A stretch of 64,000 nt of DNA from Octopus bimaculoides (taxonomy: Eukaryota), in NCBI RefSeq assembly GCF_001194135.2, contig NC_068996.1, positions 52,285,613 through 52,349,612 of the forward strand, written 5' to 3'. Position 1 is the first letter of the stretch. Every line of letters starts with the position of its first letter. Positions 35,670 through 47,865 of this stretch are shown here, piece by piece. The position numbers and the translations under genes were made by a program. The notes under the pieces were generated by a model. It was not told the origin of the DNA and did not search any database. It saw only the letters and a program-made list of their open reading frames with translations.

Positions 35670-36530
35670 CATCATCATCATCGTTTAACGTCCGCTTTCC
35701 ATGCTAGCATGGGTTGGACGATTTGACTGAGGACTGGTGAAACCGGNNNNNNNNNNNNNNNNNNNNNNNNNNNNNNNNNNNNNNNNNNNNNNNNNNNNNN
35801 NNNNNNNNNNNNNNNNNNNNNNNNNNNNNNNNNNNNNNNNNNNNNNNNNNNNNNNNNNNNNNNNNNNNNNNNNNNNNNNNNNNNNNNNNNNNNNNNNNNN
35901 NNNNNNNNNNNNNNNNNNNNNNNNNNNNNNNNNNNNNNNNNNNNNNNNNNNNNNNNNNNNNNNNNNNNNNNNNNNNNNNNNNNNNNNNNNNNNNNNNNNN
36001 NNNNNNNNNNNNNNNNNNNNNNNNNNNNNNNNNNNNNNNNNNNNNNNNNNNNNNNNNNNNNNNNNNNNNNNNNNNNNNNNNNNNNNNNNNNNNNNNNNNN
36101 NNNNNNNNNNNNNNNNNNNNNNNNNNNNNNNNNNNNNNNNNNNNNNNNNNNNNNNNNNNNNNNNNNNNNNNNNNNNNNNNNNNNNNNNNNNNNNNNNNNN
36201 NNNNNNNNNNNNNNNNNNNNNNNNNNNNNNNNNNNNNNNNNNNNNNNNNNCCTCGGTGAGGCCCAATGTACGAAGGTCTTGCCTCACCACCTCAGCCCAG
36301 GTCTTCCTGGGCCTACCTCTTCCACGGGTTCCCTCAACTGTTAGGGTGTGGCACTTTTTCACGCAGCTATCCTCATCCATTCTCACCACATGTCCATACC
36401 AGCGCAATCGTCTCTCTTGCACACCACAACTGATGCTTCTAATGTTCAGCTTTTCTCTCAAGATACTTACGCTCTGACGGGTATTCACATTGACATTACA
36501 CATCCAACGGAGCATACTAGCTTCATTCCT
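35670..36530 (-). mobile_element. RTE 3' end (young, ORF still open up to the gap)
   Basis: MLRWMCNV...RRLRWYGHVVRM...GRGRPRKTW; (CAT)n tail at 35670. Confidence 0.95.
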
Positions 36531-36539
36531 TGTGTATGT

Positions 36540-36705
36540 ATGCAGGCTGTGTTAAGAAGTTTGCTTCCCAACCATATGGCTCCAGGATCAGTACCACTGA
36601 GTGCCGCTTTGGGCAAGTGTCTTCTACTATAGTCTCTTAAATCCACTCACAAAGCCTTGTGAGCTGATTTGGGAGACTGAAACCTAAAGAAGCCCATCAG
36701 ATACA
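36540..36705 (+). mobile_element. SINE family A 5' half
   Basis: ggctgtgttaagaagtttgcttcccaacc. Confidence 0.75.
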
Positions 36706-37624
36706 CACACATATGTTGGAGAAAGTTCAGGTAAGTTTAGGGAGCTACTACTGTTGGTGCAACAAAGATCTTTTTATACAGAGTGGAGGACAAAGTGTGT
36801 ATGAAGCTTGTGTTAGAATTGCAATGCTGCATGGTAGTGACAAATTAACGAACTTAATCATGTTCAAATGTTTGTTTTGGTCCGGTTTCTATGGCCGCAT
36901 GTTCTTTCTAACATCAACCACTTTAGAGTGTATAGGGTGCTTTATAAATGGCAGCTAGCAAGATTAAAGGGCCTAAGGCAGCATTGATAGAGGGTAAAAC
37001 ATAAGAAAAACAGATTTATAGTCGTAGAGGTGGTTGTGGAGAGCGTAACTGAGTAGAGACTATTAGGAGAGAGAGTATGGAAGGGGAGAAGAGAAAGGAA
37101 AGGTGATGACGTGGCTTGTGGGAGGTATTTAGGACCATCCAACGATAAGGGCAAGTATAAATGAAAGGAAGGAAATAGAGGAGGGTAGCAAGGATCCAAA
37201 GTGAGTCGCTGAAGAAAAGAGGTGCAAGGATCATGTGGGCAGGTAAAAGAGGATGTTGAAGTTTGAGAAGGCAGCGAGAGGGAGGGAGGGAGAGAGAGAG
37301 GGGTGAGTGAGAAAGAGAACATGTTAAGTGGTGAGATGAGAGATGATTGGAGAGGGAAATTGATGGAGGAGAGAACGCAAGCAAAAAAAAAACGAATGAT
37401 GAGATTAGATCTATACAGCCCCTCATACATAATCCTTGTGAAGAAATGAGACTGATTTGGGTTGGGTATGTAGGGTACCCTTTGATAATTTGCAAGGTGA
37501 AGTATGAGTGATGAATGAGATGATTAACGGGCAGATGAATGAAAGAGGAAAAACGATCAATGATTAGATAAGAATGGGGTAAGAAGCACGAAAGGTGGCA
37601 GCAAATTACACTTTACAGGATACA

Positions 37625-38165
37625 AACATGCGTGGCTGTGTGGTAAGGAGTTTGCTTCCCAATCATATGGCTCTGGGTTCAGTCCCATTATGTGTCTACT
37701 ACTATAGCCTCAGATCAACCAAAGCCTTGTGAGTGGATTTGGTAGACAGAAACTGAAAGAAGCCTGTTGTATACATATGTCTATATTTGTATGTCTGTGT
37801 TTGTGTGTCTTTGTTTGTCCCCCATCATTACTTGACAACTGGTGTTGGTGTGTTTATGTCCCCGTAACAATTTGGCAAAAGAGACCAAGAGAACAAGTAC
37901 CAGACTTAAAAAGTCAGTACTGGGATCACTAGTGAAGCTGGAGTGTGTGCCACCCAGGGCAGCCCTTCCATTTGCTACCCCCTGACTCCACATAAAACAC
38001 ATTGCTTACAGCAAACCCAAAAGTGGTGGTCCTTTAAAAGTGCTGCCCAGGGCAGACCACCACTACTGACTCCTGCTAGCTACGCTAGTGACTGGGGTCG
38101 ATTCATTCAACTAAAGATTCTTTAAGGTGGTGCCCCAGGATGGCCACAGTCTAATGACTGAAATG
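37625..38165 (+). mobile_element. SINE family A, interrupted by a MITE at 37927-38090
   Basis: Head at 37630, tail resumes at 38091. Confidence 0.8.
37927..38090. mobile_element. hAT-like MITE with 8-bp TSD
   Basis: TSD actgggat / actggggt; TIR cactag.g.agct / agctacgctagtg. Confidence 0.75.
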
Positions 38166-38179
38166 AGTGTGTGTGTGTG

Positions 38180-38233
<54 letters not shown>

Positions 38234-38515
38234 TGTGTGTCCCCCCATGTGTATGTTGTATCTTTGTCTTGACATCATGTGATAGCTGAGCATCATATAA
38301 GTGATGTTGTTTGGTCCCAGTCTTCTATGGAAAAACACTTTCTGACCATGAGGGAAATATTACCTTGCTTGGAAACAGGTGATGGTTTGTGACAGGAAGG
38401 GCATCCAGCTGTAGAAAAGCTGTTGCAACAAATTTCGTGAGACCCATGTAAACAGAAAAGAGAATGTTAAATGATGACAAGGTGCAGGATTGGTTGTGTG
38501 GTAAGTAGCTCGCTT

Positions 38516-40235
38516 CCGCTGGCGTATGGGTGTTGATTTTTTGTCATTGAAAGAGTGAGTTGTTACCATTGTTTTATTGTTGTACGTTGAATTGTTATAT
38601 TGTTGAAACTTATTTTGAACTGTTGTATTATGAAATTGTTGGCCTGTTGTGAGAAGACTCTTCCCCAGTCATGTGTGAAGCTGCAAGTAGTAGTTATGCA
38701 TTGGCTATGATTAAAAGTACACCAACCAACATCCTGCAAGTTCTGGAAATTGTAGTAGAAGAAAGTAAGTGGAAAGACGCAAGAAAGTTCTTGAAGAAGA
38801 ATGGAGAGGGTCTTTTGCTGACACCCCCAGTGGAAGTTAGTAAAAAGGTGGAAAAGAGAACTGTTGTCTACAGAACATGGCCCTCAGTCCTGAAGAAGAT
38901 TGAGGTAGATCTAATAGAGGAGATTGAAGAATGTTTAGAGGTGAAGGAGTACACCACCTTCTATAACAGAGAAAGAAAATTTGGCACAGTGGAGGTTAGG
39001 TTCACTAGTGTTAGCGATAAACCACTCCACTGTGCCAATTAAAACCAAGTTGTGGACCTTACTACCAAGTTATTGTGGGAGAAGAGTGTCCAGAATCATG
39101 ATTAGAAGGATGCCTCCTGAAATAGAGGAGGCATGGCTGCTGGCAGTGGTGATGGAAAATATGGAAGATGAAGCAAAAGTATTAAAAATAAAGAGAACAG
39201 AAGAAATCAACTGGTTGGGATATGGGCTGGGGCTCACGGTTCTAGTTGGCCTAACGGAGATGCATGAGATTGCAGAAGAGGTGAGATTACCTGATGGATA
39301 TACAATGAGAATAACGGTGAAAGGGAGACCTCCTACCTGCTATCAATGTGGTAAAAAAGGTAAGTTAAGGGCTGTTTGCCCACAGAATGAAGAGGAGAAG
39401 GTGGAAGTAGTGGAACAGAAAGGAAGAAACCCCAATAGTAGTGGAACAGGCAATGGAGGAGGATTGTACTGTGGCAAAGAGGAGGGAGAACAGTGGAGAC
39501 TCACCTCCAAAGAGTGTGAGAAAGAATAAAAGAGGTGGGAAAAAGGAAAAAATGAATGAGAAGCCAGGAAATGGTGAGATGAAGGAAAAAGTATGTGGAA
39601 ATGTGTGAATGGAGGATGTTATTCAGAAGTTATAGTTAGGAGACTATACAGAGGGTGGAGGAAGATGAAAATTCCAAGACTGTAGTGAGTGAAAGATGGG
39701 AAGAGAAAGAAGAATTTGAATTGATGGACGATGAGGATGAAGTGATGGACGAGAGTGAACTGGAGCGAAGGAGAAATAATTTTGGAAGGAATATTCAGAA
39801 TTCGATAATTTACAAGTGTAGAAATTGAGGAAAAAGTCATGAAAATGAAGAACTTAAGAGTAAAATTGATAGGTAAGGATAATTTTAGAGTTATTTTATT
39901 AGAAAGAGATAGAGGTGAAAGATTACAGACACCATTTGAAAGGAAAATGATAGTCACCAAGCAGCAGGCTCGATATGACGAGCTGCTGCCAGTGGTGGCA
40001 TACGAAGAATTGAAACCATATTGGTGGAATATAAAGGACTCATTATGAACTAAAGTTATTTGTGAAAAATTATTTTAAAAAGACTGCTAATTGTTGTATA
40101 AATGGTAAAGTGGAACTGCCCACTTGTGGGGGGAGGGTAGGTAAGCCACTTCATTTTCATCAAATTCATATAATTCATTCGTATATGTTTTATGTACCTC
40201 ACTGTGTTTGAGCCCTTGTGGCTAATAAAGAAAGA
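38516..40235 (+). mobile_element. ORF1-only L1/Tx1-type non-LTR element (HAL1-like) inserted in a SINE head
   Basis: 13-bp TSD aagtagct(c/t)gctt at 38503-38515 and 40236-40248; 3' AATAAA plus (GAAA)n tail; no RT or endonuclease motifs seen. Confidence 0.8.
38671..40048 (+). pseudogene. gag-like ORF1 (RRM-like region and CCHC-type knuckle), frameshifted
   Basis: ATG at 38671; RKFGTVEVRF, RVSRIMIRRMPPEI, MRITVKGRPPTCYQCGKKGKLRAVCP (knuckle His replaced by Lys); ends ...PYWWNIKDSL*. Confidence 0.75.
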
Positions 40236-40375
40236 AAGTAGCTTGCTTACCAACCACATGGTTCCTGGTTCAGTCCCACTGCATGTCACCTTGGGCAAGT
40301 GTCTTCTACTATAGCCTCGGTCCAACCAAAGCCTTGTGAGTGGATTTGGTAGACGGAAACTGAAAGAAGCCCGTC

Positions 40376-40423
<48 letters not shown>

Positions 40424-40635
40424 TTATGTGTGTATGTTTGTGTCTGAGTTTGTCCCCCAACATCGCTTGACAACTGATGCTGGTGCGTTTACGACCCCAT
40501 AACAGTAGTTTGGCAAAAGAGACCGATAGAATAAGTACTAGGCTTCCAAAGAATAAGTCCTGGGGTCGATTTGCTCAACTAAAGGTGATGCTTCAGCATG
40601 GCCACAGTCAAATGACTGACACAAAGTAAAAGAAA
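40236..40635 (+). mobile_element. SINE family A, remainder (its head is at 38480-38515)
   Basis: Continues the head exactly: gcttgcttaccaaccacatggttcctggttcagtccc. Confidence 0.9.
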
Positions 40636-40839
40636 AGAACATGTCTGAATTACAACTCTGACAAATGGGAACGTGAAACTCTGAATAGCAGTTTTTTTGT
40701 GATGTTTTTTCAGCTTTAATAATAATAAAGCATATTACTCTACCTCTGGTATTCGAGTACTACTTTTCCCCACCCAGTTTCACATTTACATGCTTACTCT
40801 GGTATATATTTATATATATCTTCTTAACCACAAAGCTAC

Positions 40840-41160
40840 ACAGTATGGTTAAGAAGTTTGTTTCTGAACCACATGGTTTCAGATTCAGTCCCACTGTGTA
40901 ACACCTTGGGCAAGTGTCTTCTACTATAGCTCTGGGCTAACCAAAGCCTTGCAAGTGAATTAGGTGGACAAGAACTGAAAGAAACCCATCACATTCATGT
41001 GTGTATATGTGTGTCTCCTTGCCTTGACATTGCATGATTATTGCAAAAGCATGTCTGTCTGTAGGGAAATATTACCTTATTTAGCAACAACAAAAAAAAA
41101 ATCTACTTCAATAAACTCCATCTGTCCCATGCAAGCATGAAAAGATGAAAATTAAAACAA
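40840..41160 (+). mobile_element. SINE (family A head, alternative body and tail)
   Basis: ggttaagaagtttgtttctgaaccacatgg...ccttgcaagtgaattagg. Confidence 0.7.
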
Positions 41161-41344
41161 TGACAATACACACACACACACATGCATATTGAATTACCAG
41201 CCTCCATAACTACCATCATTTCAATGCATGTTTTGCTGTGGATGGTTGAGTCTTTCACTGCTGCATTTCACTAATCAGTCGGCTTCTTTGTCATCTCCTT
41301 CACAAACTGTGGCATTTTCAGGTCACTTTTCACTTCATTCCGAG

Positions 41345-42205
41345 TTTTCCTTGGTCTCCCTCTTCCATGAGCTCCACTAATTTGGAGCACTTGACACATC
41401 CTTATACAGCAATCATCCTCCATTCACATCTCATGCCCATATCAACAGTCTTTTCTCTTGCACATTGTACTTAGTTTTTTTTTCTCGGCTGGTTTGTACT
41501 CTTGTGATCATGCACAACTAATATTACACAACCACAGAGCATAGTTCCTTTCTTTCTAACCCTCACAAGTCTTTTACATTCAAAGCCTGTATCTCACTGC
41601 CATGCAGAATTGCAAGTTCTAACACCAGCATCATACAATTTGACCGTCACTCTGAGAGAGGAGGCCTTTGTTACCAGCAGTGTTAATAGCATCATGAACT
41701 TTTACCAACCTGTTCTTATTCTGGTTTCTATAATTCCAGAGCAATCACATCCACTGCTAATTATGTCACCAACAAAAACTATCAACTACTTATATAGTGA
41801 GTGAACCAGCCAGGTATTTAAGAGACTAATTGGCTTAAATGCCTCGCTCTTAGTCATTATTTTGTATGTGGTCCTTCTGTCACCTACAAAGCCTGCTTTT
41901 TCCGTCAAAGTACCTGTAATTCCACTATATCTCTTGTACATCCACAGCTTATACAGGGTACAGCATATGGAATTCCTATCTACTCTTTTTTTCTATATTG
42001 AGCCCAGCCATTTCCCTGAAAACCCCAGGGTCCAAACTTCTTTACTGCTTGTCTTAGCCAAGTTTGAGGCCTCTTGATTGTAGGTTTTGTTTTCCAGTCT
42101 GGAATACATACACATATTTATGTATAAACTTGCTACCGATTCAAATATACTTGAGACATATTCAAACAAGAATGCCATTCGTTTATTTTGTCATGGAGAA
42201 AAATT
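41345..42205 (-). mobile_element. Degenerate RTE 3' half
   Basis: Minus-strand GRPRK, LRVTVKLYD, KVDSFCW.GD and NLAKT remnants. Confidence 0.7.
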
Positions 42206-42964
42206 CTGGCTGTAGACAAAAAGGTGTAAACATACCAGGTCAGTTCGGCGCCCCCACCCACCCCCGACTACTGTTTTTGTTAACAGCGAGAATTTTTCTT
42301 CGTGAAAAAAAATGCAGTGAACGGCCTTTTGGCGGTTTCGAATGTCTGAAGCGTATCTGAACTGGTGACAAGTTTATATTTATTTATATAAATCAATCAC
42401 TGCTTAGTGCTTCTAATCCACACACACAATATATATATATATATATATATATATANNNNNNNNNNNNNNNNNNNNNNNNNNNNNNNNNNNNNNNNNNNNN
42501 NNNNNNNNNNNNNNNNNNNNNNNNNNNNNNNNNNNNNNNNNNNNNNNNNNNNNNNNNNNNNNNNNNNNNNNNNNNNNNNNNNNNNNNNNNNNNNNNNNNN
42601 NNNNNNNNNNNNNNNNNNNNNNNNNNNNNNNNNNNNNNNNNNNNNNNNNNNNNNNNNNNNNNNNNNNNNNNNNNNNNNNNNNNNNNNNNNNNNNNNNNNN
42701 NNNNNNNNNNNNNNNNNNNNNNNNNNNNNNNNNNNNNNNNNNNNNNNNNNNNNNNNNNNNNNNNNNNNNNNNNNNNNNNNNNNNNNNNNNNNNNNNNNNN
42801 NNNNNNNNNNNNNNNNNNNNNNNNNNNNNNNNNNNNNNNNNNNNNNNNNNNNNNNNNNNNNNNNNNNNNNNNNNNNNNNNNNNNNNNNNNNNNNNNNNNN
42901 NNNNNNNNNNNNNNNNNNNNNNNNNNNNNNNNNNNNNNNNNNNNNNATAAATGGCGTGTGTGTG

Positions 42965-42997
<33 letters not shown>

Positions 42998-43395
42998 GGC
43001 ACACCTATTACCAAATGTTAGTAAATAATGTTATACAGAGACTCGAATGAAATAGTGCAAATGACACAAGAATACTTCAAAATTGTACATTTTTTGGGAA
43101 AAATCTTCAAATAAGCTGTATGTATATAGCATAGAAACATGTTATTTTGTAGAAGATAGTTGTACCTTCCAAACCATAATTTATTTCGATGTTTATTACA
43201 TCTAGGTACTTGCAACAGCTACTGCGATCACATTCATTATATTACACTTAATTGTCAAATGAAATATTAAAAACAGTGGAAGGAGTTCAACCATACTTCA
43301 AAGAACTTTTGCTAAAAAAGACATAAACGAATGGTTAGAATGAATATATTTTCAAGTTAATGGAAGAAGCCCATACAGTTCTGAACACTACTTAC

Positions 43396-43499
43396 CTCAA
43401 TACAACTAGTAGATAGTATATCCTCTGAATATGTAGTATATATTTTCATAAGAACTATGTATAATTCCTACTAGAAGTGTTGATAATACAAAAGAGCAG
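43396..43499 (-). other. Candidate exon 2 of the minus-strand transcript (contains ATG at 43449: MKIYTTYSEDILSTSCIE)
   Basis: Acceptor caatcttctacag, donor GAG|gtaagt; the next intron has branch-like ctaac and acceptor gtcttttttag at about 43313. Confidence 0.5.
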
Positions 43500-43694
43500 C
43501 TGTAGAAGATTGTTTATTTGTGTACGTAAATACACACTGACAACACACTTGCAATTGTGTGTTGGTAAATATTCATTCATGTGTACTTCTTATACACAGT
43601 TAGGTATGTATGTGTGTATATAAATACAATGTGTATGTATACATATATATGTGTGTGTGCGTATACACAAATATATATGTATTTGTATCTTTGA

Positions 43695-43760
<66 letters not shown>

Positions 43761-43763
43761 GTA

Positions 43764-43798
<35 letters not shown>

Positions 43799-43859
43799 GA
43801 GAGAAGGAGAGAGTAGACAAGAAAAGGGGTAGAAAACTTAGATGTTGGGTAGTTAACAG

Positions 43860-44010
43860 TTATGTACCCCCCCGAATGCAGGTGCGTATCTTTGGACGAG
43901 GTAGTACACTAAAAGAAATAGAAGCAGTGAATGAGAGAAAACGGAAGTCAAACTAGCCTTACCTCAAATTCTTACACTACTCTTCTTCCGTTCTTATAGA
44001 ATATGTTTTC
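43860..44010 (-). promoter_or_regulatory. Candidate promoter / first non-coding exon (donor after 43963)
   Basis: GAG|gtaagg donor; ETS-like ACGGAAGT and CGGAAG motifs; local CpG enrichment. Confidence 0.4.
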
Positions 44011-44824
44011 AACAATTTATAACTTGTATTTTCTTCTAGAATTTTTCATTTTAAATCGTTAGACAATTAATTTTGTAAAGACAGTTCAAAAAATATTTTT
44101 ATCATAGATATCCAAGCCATATGCCAAAAAGAAATATAGTTGCTCTTTAGCCCCAGGTCAACATGCTCAAGTAGAATTTATAACCAAAAGCTATAAACAT
44201 CCTGTTTTCTTTTCCATTTTTTTTTTCTCCCGGAAGAATTCCAACTAACGTGTCATTCTTCTTTAAATCGACGGAGTATAGTTTAAGAGTCTATCAACCA
44301 AATATCACCCTAGCAGGTTCGATATCGCTTCCTTGTGCTTCTCCTGTCCTCACTGCTGAATATTATCATTTTCCGGTCTAATAGTGCCCAATTTCACTAA
44401 AAGTGAAATTTAAATTTCAAGATAATCTTGAACTGTAAAAAAAAAGGGCGGGCACATACAAAGTGTATAACCAAATATTGGTGAAAACGAATGTTCTGAT
44501 TGAATTTAATCTTAATTTTAGTGTTTTTGTCTGAAATCCAGAAATCATGTATCTCAACACAGTTCGCAGTAGGTTTTATGCAAAACTTGCCAATGTGTGT
44601 CTGTTCTGTGTATATATATAGTGTGTGTATATATATGTGTGTGTATGTTTGTGTTTATACTTTTGACATGTTTATTTTTATTTTAACGAGTGTCAAATAA
44701 AACCTTTGGAATTCTGGTCTTCTCATTCCGATTGCAATTACAAAAAATGACATTAACACTTCTAATAGTTTTGGAAATGGCATTCACATCACCTCCCATT
44801 CACACACTCCTAAATAAAACCAAC

Positions 44825-45022
44825 GATAGAGCCTCTATGTCGTTGCTAAACCTGCCAGAAATAGCAGCCGAATCTTCCTCGAATCAAATTCTACCGACAT
44901 AGAAGAGGACACGTTGGATAATCAACCCTGGATTCCTCGCTCATGGGAAAGAAAAAGAACTAAGGGTCACGGCTGGAATGCTTTTGATAAGTTTACTCAG
45001 TCAGGCCTGTCGTGGGGCTAAA
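44825..45022 (+). mobile_element. Old SINE-like repeat (family D); inverted partial copy at 44140-44205
   Basis: gctaaacctgccagaaatagcagcc...ggtcacggctggaatgc...tggggctaaac. Confidence 0.55.
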
Positions 45023-45518
45023 CTATATCACTCCACACAATGTACAAAAATATTAACTTCATAATGTTACTACAATATTGTCACAATAGTTAAACTTGTC
45101 AGTGAATTTATATACAGAAAAAAAACCCTTTTTTTTTTCTGTTTTATATGTAAAAGTTTTAGTAAAATGCGTTTTTTTTTTCCTCGCTCTGGTTAATAAA
45201 AAAATTAATTTTTTAGTGCTAATTTTAAATCATGCACGTTGTAGAATTCTACATTAAGTTCACAGTAAAACTCAAGGAAGCGTAGTAAATATTTATGAAC
45301 AAATGCTTGTCTCAGTAATCTACACGCTCCTTTCAAAACAATGGAAAGGAAAATGCGTTGTTTAATATTTAGATATCAATGAGGAATGACGATAATAAAA
45401 TGAAAACATCTAAATAAACCACACACACATACATGCATTTCACTTCCGCTATCTGTCGCTTTCTCTCTCCCACCTCTCTGTCTATCTATCTATCTGTCTG
45501 TCTGTCTGTCTATCTATC

Positions 45519-45556
<38 letters not shown>

Positions 45557-45589
45557 TTATTTATCTATTTATATACGTCCACTTTTTTC

Positions 45590-45932
45590 CCATGATTACA
45601 AGAGTTGAATGGGATTTGTTAAGGTGGATTTTCTACAGCCATATTCCTATTCTGCTGACAGAATGGGCATCTGATATTTCCTCAAATGAATGGAAACAAA
45701 GGACACTGTACCACCTGCATGACAATGACACACGTTCACAACTCATGTGATGCCAAGGCAAGAAGCTTGTAAAACACATACATACAACAGGTTTCTTTCA
45801 GTTGCTATCTACCAAATCCACTCACAAGGCCTTGGTCAAACCAGAGCTATAGTAGAAGACACTTAAAATGTCAACAGTGAGACTGTACATACAACCACGT
45901 TATTGGAAAGTAAACTTGTTATCCTACAGCCA
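45590..45932 (-). mobile_element. SINE (family A head with alternative body)
   Basis: ctaccaaatccactcacaaggcc...tatagtagaagacac. Confidence 0.7.
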
Positions 45933-46699
45933 TGCCTGCGCGCGCGCGCGCGCGCAAAGTTGTAATAAAAATACAGCTAATCACAACCAAGGAAAATTAC
46001 CTTATTGAAAGTAATGCAACTGTAGGACAACTGATAATTGCCCCTCTAATGACTGCTGTGAAACCAGTAGAGAGCTTTTTACATGGCACCAGCAAGCTTA
46101 GTTTTAGGATAGGAAATTTGAAAGATAGGTTAAGTCCATAGAATCATGACTGAGAAAATATTTTATTGATTGAAAAGAAATGTGTTGACAGTACCTTACA
46201 GTTGTTTCAAGTGTAGTTTGTATAATTAGGTGCAGAATGTATATCACTTGCAACACAAAATGTTTGCAACTCATCCCATCATCAGAATGTCTTGTATAGC
46301 AGCAGAGGAAATAGAATGTCTAAGGAAAGATGTAAATGTCTACAGGTCTTTCCTGATTTTCTTTGTCTATGCCCCTCTCCCCATCACCACGACTCCTCTT
46401 CCTAAAGCTCCTCCCTCCCTCTCTACACCTGCATTCCTACTCACTACATCCCCATCCTCTCTATCCCCCACTCACCTTTTGCACCTTCACAATCTTACCT
46501 GGACACAATTTGTCCCTAATGAGTCTCTCTCTCTACTGCAACTCCTCTTTTTAACACCCTTTCCTTCTACTTGTGTTCACTCCCTGCATTCTTTTCTCCT
46601 CCATCTTTCACTCTCCTTTCACACTCTAGCAAACTTACCTGCCTATTCATACAGTTCAATCCTCTCCCTCCCACCCTCTCTCTCTCTCTTAAAGTGTGA

Positions 46700-47030
46700 G
46701 CCCCTTTGGTAATGAATGACCATGGGATTGCACCTAGAAAGTTACCCTCTGAGGCACAAGTCTGGGCAAGGTTGTTTATGGAAAAACAGTAATCATCCAT
46801 GCATACCAGCCTCCCCTCTCCATGCCATTGATGTTATCCAAGGGAAAGGCACAGGGGCCGATACAGCTTGGCACCATTGATGTCACAACTCATTTCTACA
46901 GCTGAGTGAACTGGAGTAACGTGGAACAAAGTGTCTTGTTCAAGAACACAACATGCAGCCCAGTCTGGGAATCGAACTCACAACCTCATGATCATAAGCT
47001 CGACATGCTAACCACTGAGCCATGCACCTT
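46700..47030 (-). mobile_element. SINE family B
   Basis: Homologous to 3755-4102. Confidence 0.85.
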
Positions 47031-47292
47031 AATATGTATATAAATATATATACACTCTGACATGTGTATATGTATAAATATGTGTGTATGTGTTTGTATA
47101 TGTGTGTGAAGGTGTGTAGCCTCGTGTGTGGCCTAAATCATAAGTTTATGAATCTAATTCCTGGATCAGGTAGCACATTGTATCCTTGAACGATGCACAC
47201 CATTTTACATTTGTTCCAGTATAGTCAGCTACAAAGGGACACCAACTGACTGCTGGTACAGCCCTCATTCTCTTCCTATTCCACTGAGTGTT

Positions 47293-47333
<41 letters not shown>

Positions 47334-47419
47334 CAGAGAAAGCACATGTGAAACAAGGTAGAAGAAAATAGTACTTGAATACAGCTTTCTTAATAAAGTA
47401 TATAGAGAGAGACAATGAC

Positions 47420-47720
47420 AGAAGACTGGGATCTTTGGAGATATGCCATGATTGAGAAGACCCGACAACTAAAGCGAGATCACAGCCACACATGTCTGGC
47501 CCTGTTAAGAATACCCCTGATGCATTGAGCGATATGATATGCTTGAGAAGACCGGTTGAGTCAAGTAAAACCAATATCATAGCTGGGGCTAGTGCCTTCT
47601 GACTGGCTCCTCTGCCGGTGGCACATAAAAAGCACCGCCTGAATGTGGCCGATGCTGGTACCTCCCCCCCCCACACACACACACACTGACATCCACCTGT
47701 AGAAACATTGTTCATTGAGG
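47420..47720 (+). mobile_element. RTE 3' fragment
   Basis: gatctttggagatatgcc...gagaagacccgac, then UTR. Confidence 0.75.
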
Positions 47721-47865
47721 GGGTGTGATATGTTGAGTTGTTAACCCAGTCTTTTTATTCTTTAACTAATATTTTACTCTTGTCTCAGTTATTCTGAGCA
47801 CCTCCTTGCAGCCCTGTATAAAATCCATTGGTTTCCTAATAAGAAACCATTAATATTATATATAT

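Noticed and set aside
42236-42370. CpG-rich segment with weak terminal symmetry
   Set aside because: The inverted repeat is too short and no second copy or TSD is visible.
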